Shown here: in pieces, positions 24,596-32,534 of the stretch | Position numbering within the stretch: the first letter of the stretch is position 1 | How the letters are laid out: each line of letters begins with the position of its first letter | NCBI GenBank assembly: GCA_035281225.1 | Contig: DATEEI010000106.1 | Location: 29,122-93,121, forward strand | Length of the DNA: 64,000 bases | DNA from: Vicinamibacterales bacterium | Lineage (GTDB): Bacteria > Acidobacteriota > Vicinamibacteria > Vicinamibacterales > JAMQPK01 | Direction of reading: 5' to 3' | Program-made: the position numbers and the translations under genes | The notes under the pieces: model-generated | The model's database searches: none | Seen by the model: the letters and a program-made list of their open reading frames with translations, nothing else | Told to the model about the DNA's origin: nothing

Positions 24596-25275
24596 GGGCC
24601 TTCTGGAGAACCGCGTGGCTGATCGTGCGCAAGGACTTGACGATCGAGCTTCGAAGCCGCGAGATCCTGGCGATGACGACCTTCTTCGCCGTGGCCTGCA
24701 TTCTGATGTTTGCCGTGGCGTTCGTGAAGGACGGGCGGGCGTTGCTCGATGCAGCCGCCGGCATCCTGTGGATAGCGGTGTTCTTCGCGGGCACGCTGGC
24801 GCTCGGACGCACGTTCGAGCGCGAACGCCACGGTGACACCGTTCGCGCGCTGTTGCTGGCACCCGCGCCACGTCCGGCGATCTACGTCGGCAAGCTGCTG
24901 GGGATGCTCGTGCTGCTTGGAGTGACGGAACTGCTGGTGGTGCCGCTGATCGCGCTGTTGTTTCAGGCGCCGCTGTTCGATCACCTCCTCCTTCTCGTGG
25001 CGCTGCTGACCACTGGCACGATCGGCTTCTGCGCAGTTGGGACGTTGTTTGCGGCGATGCTCGTGCGCACGCGCGGGAGGGACGTGTGGCTACCCATCCT
25101 GTTGTATCCCATTACGATTCCAGTCATTATTGCAGGCGTTCGCGGCACGGTGGCGTTGATCGAACCCGAAGCGGATCTTGTGATGGCGCGCTTCTGGATT
25201 CTCGTGTTGTTCTTCTTCGACGTGGTGTTCGTGACACTCTCTCTGTGGACGTTCGAGCCGCTGATGACTGACTGA
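24592..25275 (+). CDS. ccmB: Haem exporter permease CcmB
   Basis: Six-TM protein; FERERHGDTVRALLLAP matches the CcmB E.E...GTL..L pattern. Position in the operon supports the call. Confidence 0.8.
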   Translation: MRAFWRTAWLIVRKDLTIELRSREILAMTTFFAVACILMFAVAFVKDGRALLDAAAGILWIAVFFAGTLALGRTFERERHGDTVRALLLAPAPRPAIYVGKLLGMLVLLGVTELLVVPLIALLFQAPLFDHLLLLVALLTTGTIGFCAVGTLFAAMLVRTRGRDVWLPILLYPITIPVIIAGVRGTVALIEPEADLVMARFWILVLFFFDVVFVTLSLWTFEPLMTD

Positions 25276-25281
25276 CGACAG

Positions 25282-25941
25282 ATGCGACAACTGTTTGCTC
25301 CGCTGGTCTTTCTCTTGATGGCGCTGTTCGCATTCGCGCCTGTATACATCGCGAGCGCGCCCTACGAGTCCACGATGGGGCTCGTGCAGAAGATCTTCTA
25401 TTTTCACGTACCGTCCTGGTTCGCAATGTTCACGGCCGTGTTCCTCTGCGGCGTCGCCAGCGTGATGTTTCTGGTCCGCGGCGACGCCAAGTGGGATCGC
25501 GTGGCGCGATCGGCTGCCGAGCTCGCGTTTCTCTTCGGGTTGATGGGCCTTGTCACCGGGCCACTGTGGGGCCGGAAGGCGTGGGGTGTATGGTGGCAGT
25601 GGGACGCGAAGCTAACCGTCGCGCTGTTGCTGGAGCTGACCTTCGGCGCCTATCTGCTGCTGCGCAGCTTCGCGGGTCCCGGCTCAGAGAAACTGGCGGC
25701 GGGGCTGGCCATCTTCGGCATGGCTAACGTGCCATTCGTCTACTACGCGGCGCACCTGTGGCGCACCGTGCATCCCACGACCAACGTGGTCCCGACGCTG
25801 GTCGCCGGCATGCGTGGGCCGTTCTGGTATGCAGTGCTGTGCTACATGCTCCTCTTGGCAGCGCTGCTGACAATGCGTATGCGGATTGAGGAGCAACACG
25901 CAGACCTTGACCGGTTGTATCTCGAGAGCGACGACCAATGA
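25282..25941 (+). CDS. ccmC: Haem exporter protein CcmC
   Basis: WWD motif WGVWWQWDAKLT, six TM segments, IFYFHVP. Confidence 0.9.
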   Translation: MRQLFAPLVFLLMALFAFAPVYIASAPYESTMGLVQKIFYFHVPSWFAMFTAVFLCGVASVMFLVRGDAKWDRVARSAAELAFLFGLMGLVTGPLWGRKAWGVWWQWDAKLTVALLLELTFGAYLLLRSFAGPGSEKLAAGLAIFGMANVPFVYYAAHLWRTVHPTTNVVPTLVAGMRGPFWYAVLCYMLLLAALLTMRMRIEEQHADLDRLYLESDDQ

Positions 25942-26165
25942 AAACGCTGTTACTGAGCTTGATGCTGCAACCCGGCCAGTCGGAGTTCAGGCCGGTCACC
26001 GAAATTCCTGCCAGCGAGCAGCTGCCGTCCGCTCCGCTGCTGATTGCGGCGTACGCCTTCGTCTGGATCGCCGTTTTTGCCTACGTGTGGCTCATGTGGC
26101 GCCGGCTTGGAAAAGTCGAGCGCGAGCTCAAGGCATTGTCCGCCCGTGTTCCCGCGAAGCGCTGA
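25938..26165 (+). CDS. ccmD: CcmD-like small membrane protein
   Basis: Single TM LLIAAYAFVWIAVFAYVWLMWRRL followed by a basic tail. 4-nt overlap with ccmC. Confidence 0.6.
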   Translation: MKTLLLSLMLQPGQSEFRPVTEIPASEQLPSAPLLIAAYAFVWIAVFAYVWLMWRRLGKVERELKALSARVPAKR

Positions 26166-26177
26166 CGAGCTACGCTC

Positions 26178-26327
26178 ATGAACTTCGCCAACATGACGTC
26201 GGCGCACTTCATCTTCATTCCGGTCGTGCTGTTGGTCGGAATTGTGATCGGCTGGATCCTGGGCTCCCGCGCCGCGCAGGACGCGTTCGCGATGGAAATG
26301 AAGAAACGAGAACGGCGACAGGGGTGA
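26178..26327 (+). CDS. 49-aa single-TM ORF directly after ccmD (not in the supplied ORF track)
   Basis: Hand translation gives MNFANMTSAHFIFIPVVLLVGIVIGWILGSRAAQDAFAMEMKKRERRQG*. Starts 12 nt after the ccmD stop and is followed by a strong hairpin. Confidence 0.35.
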   Translation: MNFANMTSAHFIFIPVVLLVGIVIGWILGSRAAQDAFAMEMKKRERRQG

Positions 26328-26339
26328 GGGGCGAGGGGA

Positions 26340-26373
26340 GAGGGAAGAAAAAGACAACGGTTGTTCTTCCCTC
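26340..26373. terminator. Bidirectional terminator-like hairpin between the ccm operon and the convergent aroA-aroK-phosphoesterase operon
   Basis: GAGGGAAGA...ACAAC-G-GTTGT...TCTTCCCTC nested stems, flanked by purine-rich and pyrimidine-rich tracts. Confidence 0.45.
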
Positions 26374-26407
26374 ATCCTTCTTCCCTCTTCCCTACATGTA
26401 TCAGGTT

Positions 26408-27154
26408 CTACCGTCCCATCCCCAGTCGGTGCGCCAGCGGCGGCGGCAGCCCGGCTTCCAGAATTTTCTTCTGCGCCACGGCGATCGGATACGCCACCCG
26501 ATAGAGCGTCACGGTTCGCGCGTCCATGTCTGCCACCGCATAGGCCGCGCGCGCGTCGCCGTCGCGGGGTTGCCCCACTGACCCCGGATTGACGAGATAC
26601 TTCGCATCCCGGTCGAGTGACGTTTCAAAGGCAGGGTGTCCATCGGGCGTGTCGACTTCAAATCGCTGCTGCGAATCCATTTTGGCGGTGAGAGCGACGT
26701 GAGTATGGCCGAACAAGCAGAGCGGCCGCCTCGCCACGGCGATCGACCGCGCGGCATCGAGATCGGCGACGACGTAAAGGTCTTCGTCGAGCGGAGAGCC
26801 GTGACAGATCTCGATGTCGGCGTCGACGATCTTCGGCCCGATCGGCAGCTCGCGCAGATACTCCAGCGCGGCCGGTGTGAGCGCCTCGCGCGTCCAGTTG
26901 GCGGCAGCTCTGGCCATGGAGTTGAAGTCTTCCGCCGTATCGAGTCCCGCTGCTACCTTGTCGTGGTTGCCGCGCACCGACGCGATCGGGTTGAGCACGC
27001 GCACTCTTTCGACGACGGCATTGGGGTCGGCTCCGTAGCCGACCAGGTCGCCGAGGAGCAAAACAGCGTTGTATTTGTGCGCAGAGGCGGCGGTAAGCAC
27101 TGCGTTGAGTGCTTCAAGGTTGCTGTGGATGTCGCTGAGGACGAGGTAGCGCAT
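26408..27154 (-). CDS. Metallophosphoesterase (YfcE/MJ0936-type calcineurin-like phosphoesterase)
   Basis: LSDIHSN, LLGDLVGYGADP, VRGNHD and FGHTH motifs. Confidence 0.8.
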   Translation of the reverse strand: MRYLVLSDIHSNLEALNAVLTAASAHKYNAVLLLGDLVGYGADPNAVVERVRVLNPIASVRGNHDKVAAGLDTAEDFNSMARAAANWTREALTPAALEYLRELPIGPKIVDADIEICHGSPLDEDLYVVADLDAARSIAVARRPLCLFGHTHVALTAKMDSQQRFEVDTPDGHPAFETSLDRDAKYLVNPGSVGQPRDGDARAAYAVADMDARTVTLYRVAYPIAVAQKKILEAGLPPPLAHRLGMGR

Positions 27155-27156
27155 CG

Positions 27157-27654
27157 TTATTCGAGCTGTTCGACGAGTTGTTCGACGAGCTCTTCGGCGC
27201 GCGCGTGAGAGGCATCGAGGCGCATCTGTGCCTGCTGGTAGGCGAGGCGGCGGCTCTCGTAGAGCAGCGCCATCTGGACTCGATCGTTCGCCATCGGCCG
27301 CCGGCCGTCCGCCGGGATTCTGTTCAAGAGCACCTCGAGCGGCACGTCAATCCAGACCGACACGCCGTCCGCGTTGATCGCCGCCCGATTATCCGGATCG
27401 ATGAACGTGCCCCCGCCGGTTGCGACCACCGTATGGCGCTGCGGCAGCAGCCCCCAGACCACCTGCCGCTCGACGGAGCGGAAATAGGGTTCGCCGTCGC
27501 GGGCGAAGATCTCGGCGACCGTGCGCCGTTCGCGCGCCTCAATCAGCACATCCACGTCTTCCGAGCGCCAGCCCAGACGCCGCGCGAGCGCTTGCGCCAG
27601 CGTGGTCTTGCCCGCGGCCATGAACCCGACGAGATAGATCTTGTCCGTCTTCAA
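27157..27654 (-). CDS. aroK: Shikimate kinase
   Basis: KIYLVGFMAAGKTT Walker A, RSEDVDVLIE...TVAEIF...GEPYFR.VE, ATGGG. The ORF-track N-terminal extension overlaps aroA and was trimmed to TTG 27654, so the start is uncertain. Confidence 0.8.
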   Translation of the reverse strand: MKTDKIYLVGFMAAGKTTLAQALARRLGWRSEDVDVLIEARERRTVAEIFARDGEPYFRSVERQVVWGLLPQRHTVVATGGGTFIDPDNRAAINADGVSVWIDVPLEVLLNRIPADGRRPMANDRVQMALLYESRRLAYQQAQMRLDASHARAEELVEQLVEQLE

Positions 27655-27664
27655 GGGGAGATCG

Positions 27665-28981
27665 TCAGCTCGTCGAAGGGTCGCAGAGTGAGTCCAATGT
27701 GGTGAAGAACTCGGGGTAGGAGATGGCCACCGAGTCAGCACCGCTGATGACCGAGGGCTCGTCCGCTCCCAGCGCCGCGATGGCGAATGCCATGGCGAGT
27801 CGATGATCGCCGGCGGCATCTGCCTGTCCGCCCTTGAGGCGCCGCGAGCCGCGGAGGTGAAAGCCGTCGGTGAACTCCTCAACATCTGCTCCGAGCGACC
27901 GAAACCCACGGACGAGCGCGCTAATTCGGTCGCTCTCCTTGACACGCAGCTCGCTCGCGCCGGTGACGTGCAGCTCGCCTCCGTGGGCCGCCCAAGCTGC
28001 CAGCGCCGGAATCTCGTCAATCAGGAAAGGAACGTCCTGCGCTCCTAGAGTCAACGACCGCGGGGGGCCATACCGAACACGCACCGTTCCCGACGGCTCG
28101 CCACCGGCCTCGCGCTCGATATGTTCGTCGATGGTCGCCCCGGCCCGTCGCAGTACGTTCAGTAAAGCGGTGCGGGTCGGATTAAGTCCCACATTGTGGA
28201 TTTCGACATCGGATCCGGGGACTGCGGCGGCAGCGGCCAGCCAGAAGGCAGCCGAGGAGATATCGCCGGGGACGACGAAGTCACCGCCGCGCAGGGGCTG
28301 TCCGCCCGCGAGGGTCACGGTGGTTCCGTCAACGGTCACGGTCGCTCCGAAGGCGCGTAGCGCGAGCTCGGTATGGTTCCGCGTCGCGACGTCCTCTTCC
28401 ACGACTGTCGTACCGTCGCTCTGGAGTCCCGCAAGCAGGATCGCGCTCTTGACCTGAGCACTCGGCACCTCGGTGCGGTAGCGGATGCCTGTCAATTCGC
28501 TGCCGTGAATGGTGAGCGGCGGCCTCTTATCGTGCGACTCGATGCGCGCGCCCATCTGCTCGAGAGGAACAATGACCCGCCCCATCGGGCGGTTGGTGAG
28601 CGACGTGTCCCCCTTGAGCACGGAGGTAAACGGGTGCGCAGCCAGTACACCTGACAGCAGGCGCATGGTCGTCCCCGAGTTGCAGGCGTCGAGAGACAAC
28701 GTAGGAGGCCGAAGCCCGCGCAGTCCTCGGCCAGAGATCTCGACGGTCAGCCCACTTTCGGGCGATCGGGTCTTCGTGATCTCGACGCCGGCATTGATCA
28801 GGCAGTCCAGTGTCGCTGCGCAGTCGGCGCCGAGCGAGAACTGGGAGATTCTGGTGCGGCCAGCGGCCAGGGCGCCGAGCAGCGCGTAACGATGTGAAAT
28901 CGATTTATCACCGGCGAGCCCGACCGTCCCCCTGACGCGACGAGCAGGCCTCACCGTCTTCGCGGCGATGGATGAAGCCAT
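27665..28981 (-). CDS. aroA: 3-phosphoshikimate 1-carboxyvinyltransferase (EPSP synthase)
   Basis: LAGDKSISHRYALLGALA, CNSGTTMRLLSG, VKESDRI and DHRLAMAFAIAAL motifs. Confidence 0.93.
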   Translation of the reverse strand: MASSIAAKTVRPARRVRGTVGLAGDKSISHRYALLGALAAGRTRISQFSLGADCAATLDCLINAGVEITKTRSPESGLTVEISGRGLRGLRPPTLSLDACNSGTTMRLLSGVLAAHPFTSVLKGDTSLTNRPMGRVIVPLEQMGARIESHDKRPPLTIHGSELTGIRYRTEVPSAQVKSAILLAGLQSDGTTVVEEDVATRNHTELALRAFGATVTVDGTTVTLAGGQPLRGGDFVVPGDISSAAFWLAAAAAVPGSDVEIHNVGLNPTRTALLNVLRRAGATIDEHIEREAGGEPSGTVRVRYGPPRSLTLGAQDVPFLIDEIPALAAWAAHGGELHVTGASELRVKESDRISALVRGFRSLGADVEEFTDGFHLRGSRRLKGGQADAAGDHRLAMAFAIAALGADEPSVISGADSVAISYPEFFTTLDSLCDPSTS

Positions 28982-29007
28982 CGGGAGACTATACTACGTC
29001 GGACACG

Positions 29008-29448
29008 ATGCCCCGTGGTTTCCAGGATGTGCATCTCGAAATCCACAGCACGATTGAGGCGCTGGACCAGGTTCAGGCGGTCACCGAACACATCGCGCGG
29101 CAGCTCGGCATGGACGAAGAATCGGTCGGATGGGCCACCATGGCCGTGCGTGAGTCGGTCATCAACGCGGTCATGCACGGCAACCAGCGCGATCCCGCCA
29201 AGATCGTCTTCATCGATTTCGCAGCCCGGCCGGAATCCGAGCCTGTGGATCTGATCGTGCGTGTGCGCGACCAGGGTTCAGGATTCGATCCCGAGACGCT
29301 GACCGATTGCCTGACGCCCGAGAACGTGCTGCGATCGAGCGGCCGCGGCATTTTTCTCGTCAAACAATTCATGGATAACGTATCAATCGAGCGCTCGCCA
29401 AAGGGGGGCATGGAGGTGCGGATGGTGAAGCACATCCGCCCGAAGTAG
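29008..29448 (+). CDS. RsbW/SpoIIAB-like anti-sigma-factor serine kinase (HATPase_c_2 type ATP-binding protein)
   Basis: AVRESVINAVMHGN (N-box), VRDQGSGFDPE (G1) and GRGIFLVKQFMD (G2). Start at ATG 29008, or possibly 28972. Confidence 0.7.
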   Translation: MPRGFQDVHLEIHSTIEALDQVQAVTEHIARQLGMDEESVGWATMAVRESVINAVMHGNQRDPAKIVFIDFAARPESEPVDLIVRVRDQGSGFDPETLTDCLTPENVLRSSGRGIFLVKQFMDNVSIERSPKGGMEVRMVKHIRPK

Positions 29449-29450
29449 AC

Positions 29451-30254
29451 ATGCCAAAGAATCCGCTATTTCTCTCGACGGCCATCGAAGCCGTCATCAA
29501 GGCCGGCGAAATCCAGATGGGCTTCATCGATACCGGGTTTCAGGTGTCCCACAAGGGCGCCATCGACCTGGTGACGGAAGCAGACGTCGCGGTTGAAACG
29601 ATGTTTCGCAAGATGATCGCGGAGCGGTTTCCGGATCACACGATCCTCGCCGAAGAGTTTGGCGAGGATGCCGCGACGCGCGGCGCCTCTCATTGCTGGG
29701 TGTTCGATCCCATCGACGGCACCAACAATTACGCGCACGGCCTGCCGATCTTCTGCTCGTCACTGGCCCTCGAGATCGATGGGAAGGGGGAGATCGGCGC
29801 CGTGTACGATCCCACCCGCAAGGAGCTGTTCGTTGCGGAGCGGGGCGGTGGGGCGTTTCTCAATGGAAAGCCCATTCGGGTGTCCGATGCATCGACGCTG
29901 GTCGAGTCGATGCTCGTCACGGGGTTCCCGTACGACATTCACTCGCGCATTCCCGAAATCGTTGGGCTGTTTGGTGAGTTCGTCGGCCAGGCGCGGGCGG
30001 TGCGACGGCTGGGATCGGCGGCGCTCGACCTCTGCTATATCGCCTGTGGCCGCATGGATGGTTTCTGGGAGCAGGATCTCAAGCCCTGGGATATTGCGGC
30101 TGGAACGATCCTGGTTGAGGAAGCTGGCGGCAGGGTCACCGATTTTGCTGGCGAAGCATCTTCCTCTCGACGATCGCAGTTGCTGGCGACGAACGGCAAG
30201 ATCCACGACGACATGATCAAGATCACGCGGACCAGGCTGGCTGGTAGCCGGTAG
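29451..30254 (+). CDS. Inositol monophosphatase family protein (SuhB-like)
   Basis: LAEE, WVFDPIDGTNNYAHG and WDIAAG motifs. Confidence 0.88.
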   Translation: MPKNPLFLSTAIEAVIKAGEIQMGFIDTGFQVSHKGAIDLVTEADVAVETMFRKMIAERFPDHTILAEEFGEDAATRGASHCWVFDPIDGTNNYAHGLPIFCSSLALEIDGKGEIGAVYDPTRKELFVAERGGGAFLNGKPIRVSDASTLVESMLVTGFPYDIHSRIPEIVGLFGEFVGQARAVRRLGSAALDLCYIACGRMDGFWEQDLKPWDIAAGTILVEEAGGRVTDFAGEASSSRRSQLLATNGKIHDDMIKITRTRLAGSR

Positions 30255-30285
30255 CGGGTAGTCCAGACAGGCCACCGGCTACCAG
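30241..30285. terminator. Bidirectional hairpin between convergent genes (CTGGTAGCCGG ... CCGGCTACCAG), with an alternative stem 30246-30255/30286-30295
   Basis: 11-bp perfect stem read directly; built from repeated GGTAGC/GCTACC units. Confidence 0.45.
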
Positions 30286-31878
30286 CTACCGGCTGCTACC
30301 TTCAGCTTTATACAACACCACGCCGCCGCCGGCGCAGACACGCCTGAAGCCGGTGAGGAAGACCGATGATTCGCGCGTGCGGGCAGCGAGGACATCACCC
30401 CCTTCAGCCCGTTCTTCCACGAGAATCCAGCCTACATGGTCGTACGGCAGCGCGACGGCCTCCTGCCAGTAGGGGAGATTTCCTTCGTGTACGAAATCAC
30501 GGATGTTGATCCCGGCGTGCGACAGTTCCTGCATGTAATGCGCAAGCGAGCCCATGCTTGCGAGAATGCGTTCGCCTCTGTAATCGCGCGTGAAACACGC
30601 CGTGACATTCCTCCGTTCACGGCTGAAAGGGACGTCCCATTGCGCTTCCAGAACCATCGGCGCTTGAGGATCGAGCGGCCGGACAGTAGCGGCGAGCCAG
30701 GCGGCCACCGCTATTGCAACGGCGCCTCGACGCAATCCCGACAGCATCCCGATGGCGACGCCCGCGAGCACATATACGCCAACGGTCGGCGCGACCATGT
30801 AACGCATCCGAAAGGGATGCCCTTCATAGAAGGCGTAGGCGGGTAGCACCATAAAACCCGCCAGTGCGAGCACCACGAGAGATGCCGCGCGCTCTTGCCT
30901 CGAAAGTCCGTACCACAGCAATACGATGCCCCCCGCGAGCGCGACCAGGACAAGCGGCGTGCCGGCCAGAATGCGCATGCCGTACACGACGGCCATGATG
31001 GCTTTGAAGGGATTCGCCGTTGCCACGTTGTCGGGAACGAAGAATCCGCCGGTGACGAACCATGCGCCTGTCGTGAACCAGCTGTGAAAGAAGAAGCCGA
31101 CGATGGCGAGAACAGGATAGACCGCGAGCTGTGTCGTCGACTTCAGTGCGCCTGGTAGGGATCGTCCAGAGCGCCACAGCGCGACTGCGGCAAGCGCCAG
31201 GACCGCGGCTGTGACGAACCACGCCTCGTATCGCGTCAGGCAGGCTGCGACGAGCGTCCATCCCGCCCTGGCGCGTGCCCGGCTCTCGCGCTGGAGGACA
31301 GGGCTAAAGCCCTGTGCCACCGTTGAAACACTCTGACGAGCAGGGCTAAAGCCCTGTGCCACCGTTGGAGCACCATTCCAGTGGGACAGGGCTTCAGCCC
31401 TGTCGTGCGCCTCGACCCAGTCGTAGACGAAACTGATGGCCAGCAACGTCAAGCCAAACAGAAGCGGCTCGGTCATAGGCGTCGATTGCAGATAGAGCAC
31501 GTCTGGATCGGTCGCCACCATGATGACGCTGAGTACCGCCGCAACGCTCGACCCGGTGACACGCTGCACGAGATGCGCGACGGCGTAGCACGCAACGGCG
31601 AACGACAGCACCGAGATCGCCACGCCCGATGCGCCAGTCCGATAGAACGCGTCGATCTGAACTGGTAGGAGGTTCAGTAGGTGGGGAAGTGGAAGCCAGA
31701 CGGCGCCGATCTGCGAGTACTCGGGCGTCAGGCTGTCGAGAATTCTGCGCGCTACAACGAGGTGCGCCTTGGCGTCGTAGTGGCTCAGCGCGAGCCCTTG
31801 CCGATAGTAGAAGAGCGCCGCCGCGGTGCCTGTTGCCAGGCCGAGTGCTGCCAGCACTTTGGGAAAACGATCGGTCAT
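30286..31878 (-). CDS. Polytopic membrane protein, probable GT-C fold glycosyltransferase (ArnT/PMT-like)
   Basis: About 12 TM segments with an N-terminal loop YDAKAHLVVARRILDS...WLPLPH and a C-terminal soluble domain. Carries an in-frame hairpin-repeat insertion. The family assignment is by resemblance only. Confidence 0.5.
   Translation of the reverse strand: MTDRFPKVLAALGLATGTAAALFYYRQGLALSHYDAKAHLVVARRILDSLTPEYSQIGAVWLPLPHLLNLLPVQIDAFYRTGASGVAISVLSFAVACYAVAHLVQRVTGSSVAAVLSVIMVATDPDVLYLQSTPMTEPLLFGLTLLAISFVYDWVEAHDRAEALSHWNGAPTVAQGFSPARQSVSTVAQGFSPVLQRESRARARAGWTLVAACLTRYEAWFVTAAVLALAAVALWRSGRSLPGALKSTTQLAVYPVLAIVGFFFHSWFTTGAWFVTGGFFVPDNVATANPFKAIMAVVYGMRILAGTPLVLVALAGGIVLLWYGLSRQERAASLVVLALAGFMVLPAYAFYEGHPFRMRYMVAPTVGVYVLAGVAIGMLSGLRRGAVAIAVAAWLAATVRPLDPQAPMVLEAQWDVPFSRERRNVTACFTRDYRGERILASMGSLAHYMQELSHAGINIRDFVHEGNLPYWQEAVALPYDHVGWILVEERAEGGDVLAARTRESSVFLTGFRRVCAGGGVVLYKAEGSSR
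31297..31404. repeat. Three REP-like hairpins (ACAGGGC-TAAA/TTCA-GCCCTGT) inserted in-frame in the GT-C gene; the first two lie within a duplicated 27-bp unit
   Basis: Hairpins at 31298-31315, 31341-31358 and 31386-31403. CAGGGCTAAAGCCCTGTGCCACCGTTG occurs twice. Translates to TVAQGFSPARQSVSTVAQGFSPV on the gene strand. Confidence 0.85.
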
Positions 31879-31886
31879 TTCGCGAC

Positions 31887-31915
31887 TAGAATACTGAAAG
31901 TCCGGCCAAAGCCGG
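31887..31915 (+). promoter_or_regulatory. -10-like TAGAAT plus 5'-UTR hairpin CCGGC-CAAA-GCCGG upstream of the DedA-family gene
   Basis: Read directly in the 52-nt divergent intergenic region. Confidence 0.3.
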
Positions 31916-31930
31916 GTACCCCTCGACTAA

Positions 31931-32518
31931 ATGGCCCGAATCACAGCATGGATTGAGACCTTCGCGATCAGCGTCGGTGCCCCTGGACTCTTCATCATCG
32001 CGTTCCTCGACTCGTCGTTTCTCTCGTTCCCCGAAGTCAACGACATCCTCATCGTCCTCGCCGTCGTGAATCACCCGGAGCGGATGGTGCTCTACGCGAC
32101 GATGGCGACGCTCGGGTCGGTCGCCGGTTGCCTGGCCCTGTACTTCGTCGGCCGCAAGGGTGGCGAACGTCTGATGCGCAAACGATTCAGCGGAGGCAAC
32201 GTCGAGCGGGCATCCAATCTGATGCGGAAATACGGCGCCATGGCGTTGATCGTGCCGGCGCTGTTGCCTCCCCCTGCACCCTTCAAGATTTTCGTGCTCA
32301 TGGGTGGTGTGGCGAATATTCCACTGCCGACCTTTATCTGGGCCATCGCGGTAGGCCGTGGTGTCCGGTATTTCGGTGAAGGCATTCTGGCCGTGATGTA
32401 CGGCAAGCAGGCGCTCACCTACATTCACGAAAACGGAAAGATGGTTGGGCTCGCGCTTGCACTGCTGGTACTGGCTGGCGGTGTCGGCTACTACCTCTGG
32501 GCGCGGCGGCGCGTATAA
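31931..32518 (+). CDS. DedA/YqaA-family membrane protein
   Basis: LDSSFLSFPEVNDILIV..., LGSVAGCLALYFVGRKGGE and KYGAMALIVPALLPPPAPFKIFVLMGG, typical of the YqaA/DedA (SNARE-associated) family. Confidence 0.7.
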   Translation: MARITAWIETFAISVGAPGLFIIAFLDSSFLSFPEVNDILIVLAVVNHPERMVLYATMATLGSVAGCLALYFVGRKGGERLMRKRFSGGNVERASNLMRKYGAMALIVPALLPPPAPFKIFVLMGGVANIPLPTFIWAIAVGRGVRYFGEGILAVMYGKQALTYIHENGKMVGLALALLVLAGGVGYYLWARRRV

Positions 32519-32534
32519 TAGCGACTTCGATTGA

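Noticed and set aside
27655-28020. N-terminal 122-aa extension of the aroK ORF that overlaps aroA.
   Set aside because: The extension is low-complexity Ser/Arg/Pro-rich and lies entirely within the aroA coding sequence in another frame. Shikimate kinase homology begins at KIYLVGFMAAGKT. The gene was trimmed to the TTG just after the aroA stop.
31297-31404. Possibility that the repeated hairpins are a mini CRISPR array.
   Set aside because: There are only three copies, with an 18-27 nt repeat, 15-27 nt irregular spacers, location inside an intact ORF, and no cas genes in the window.
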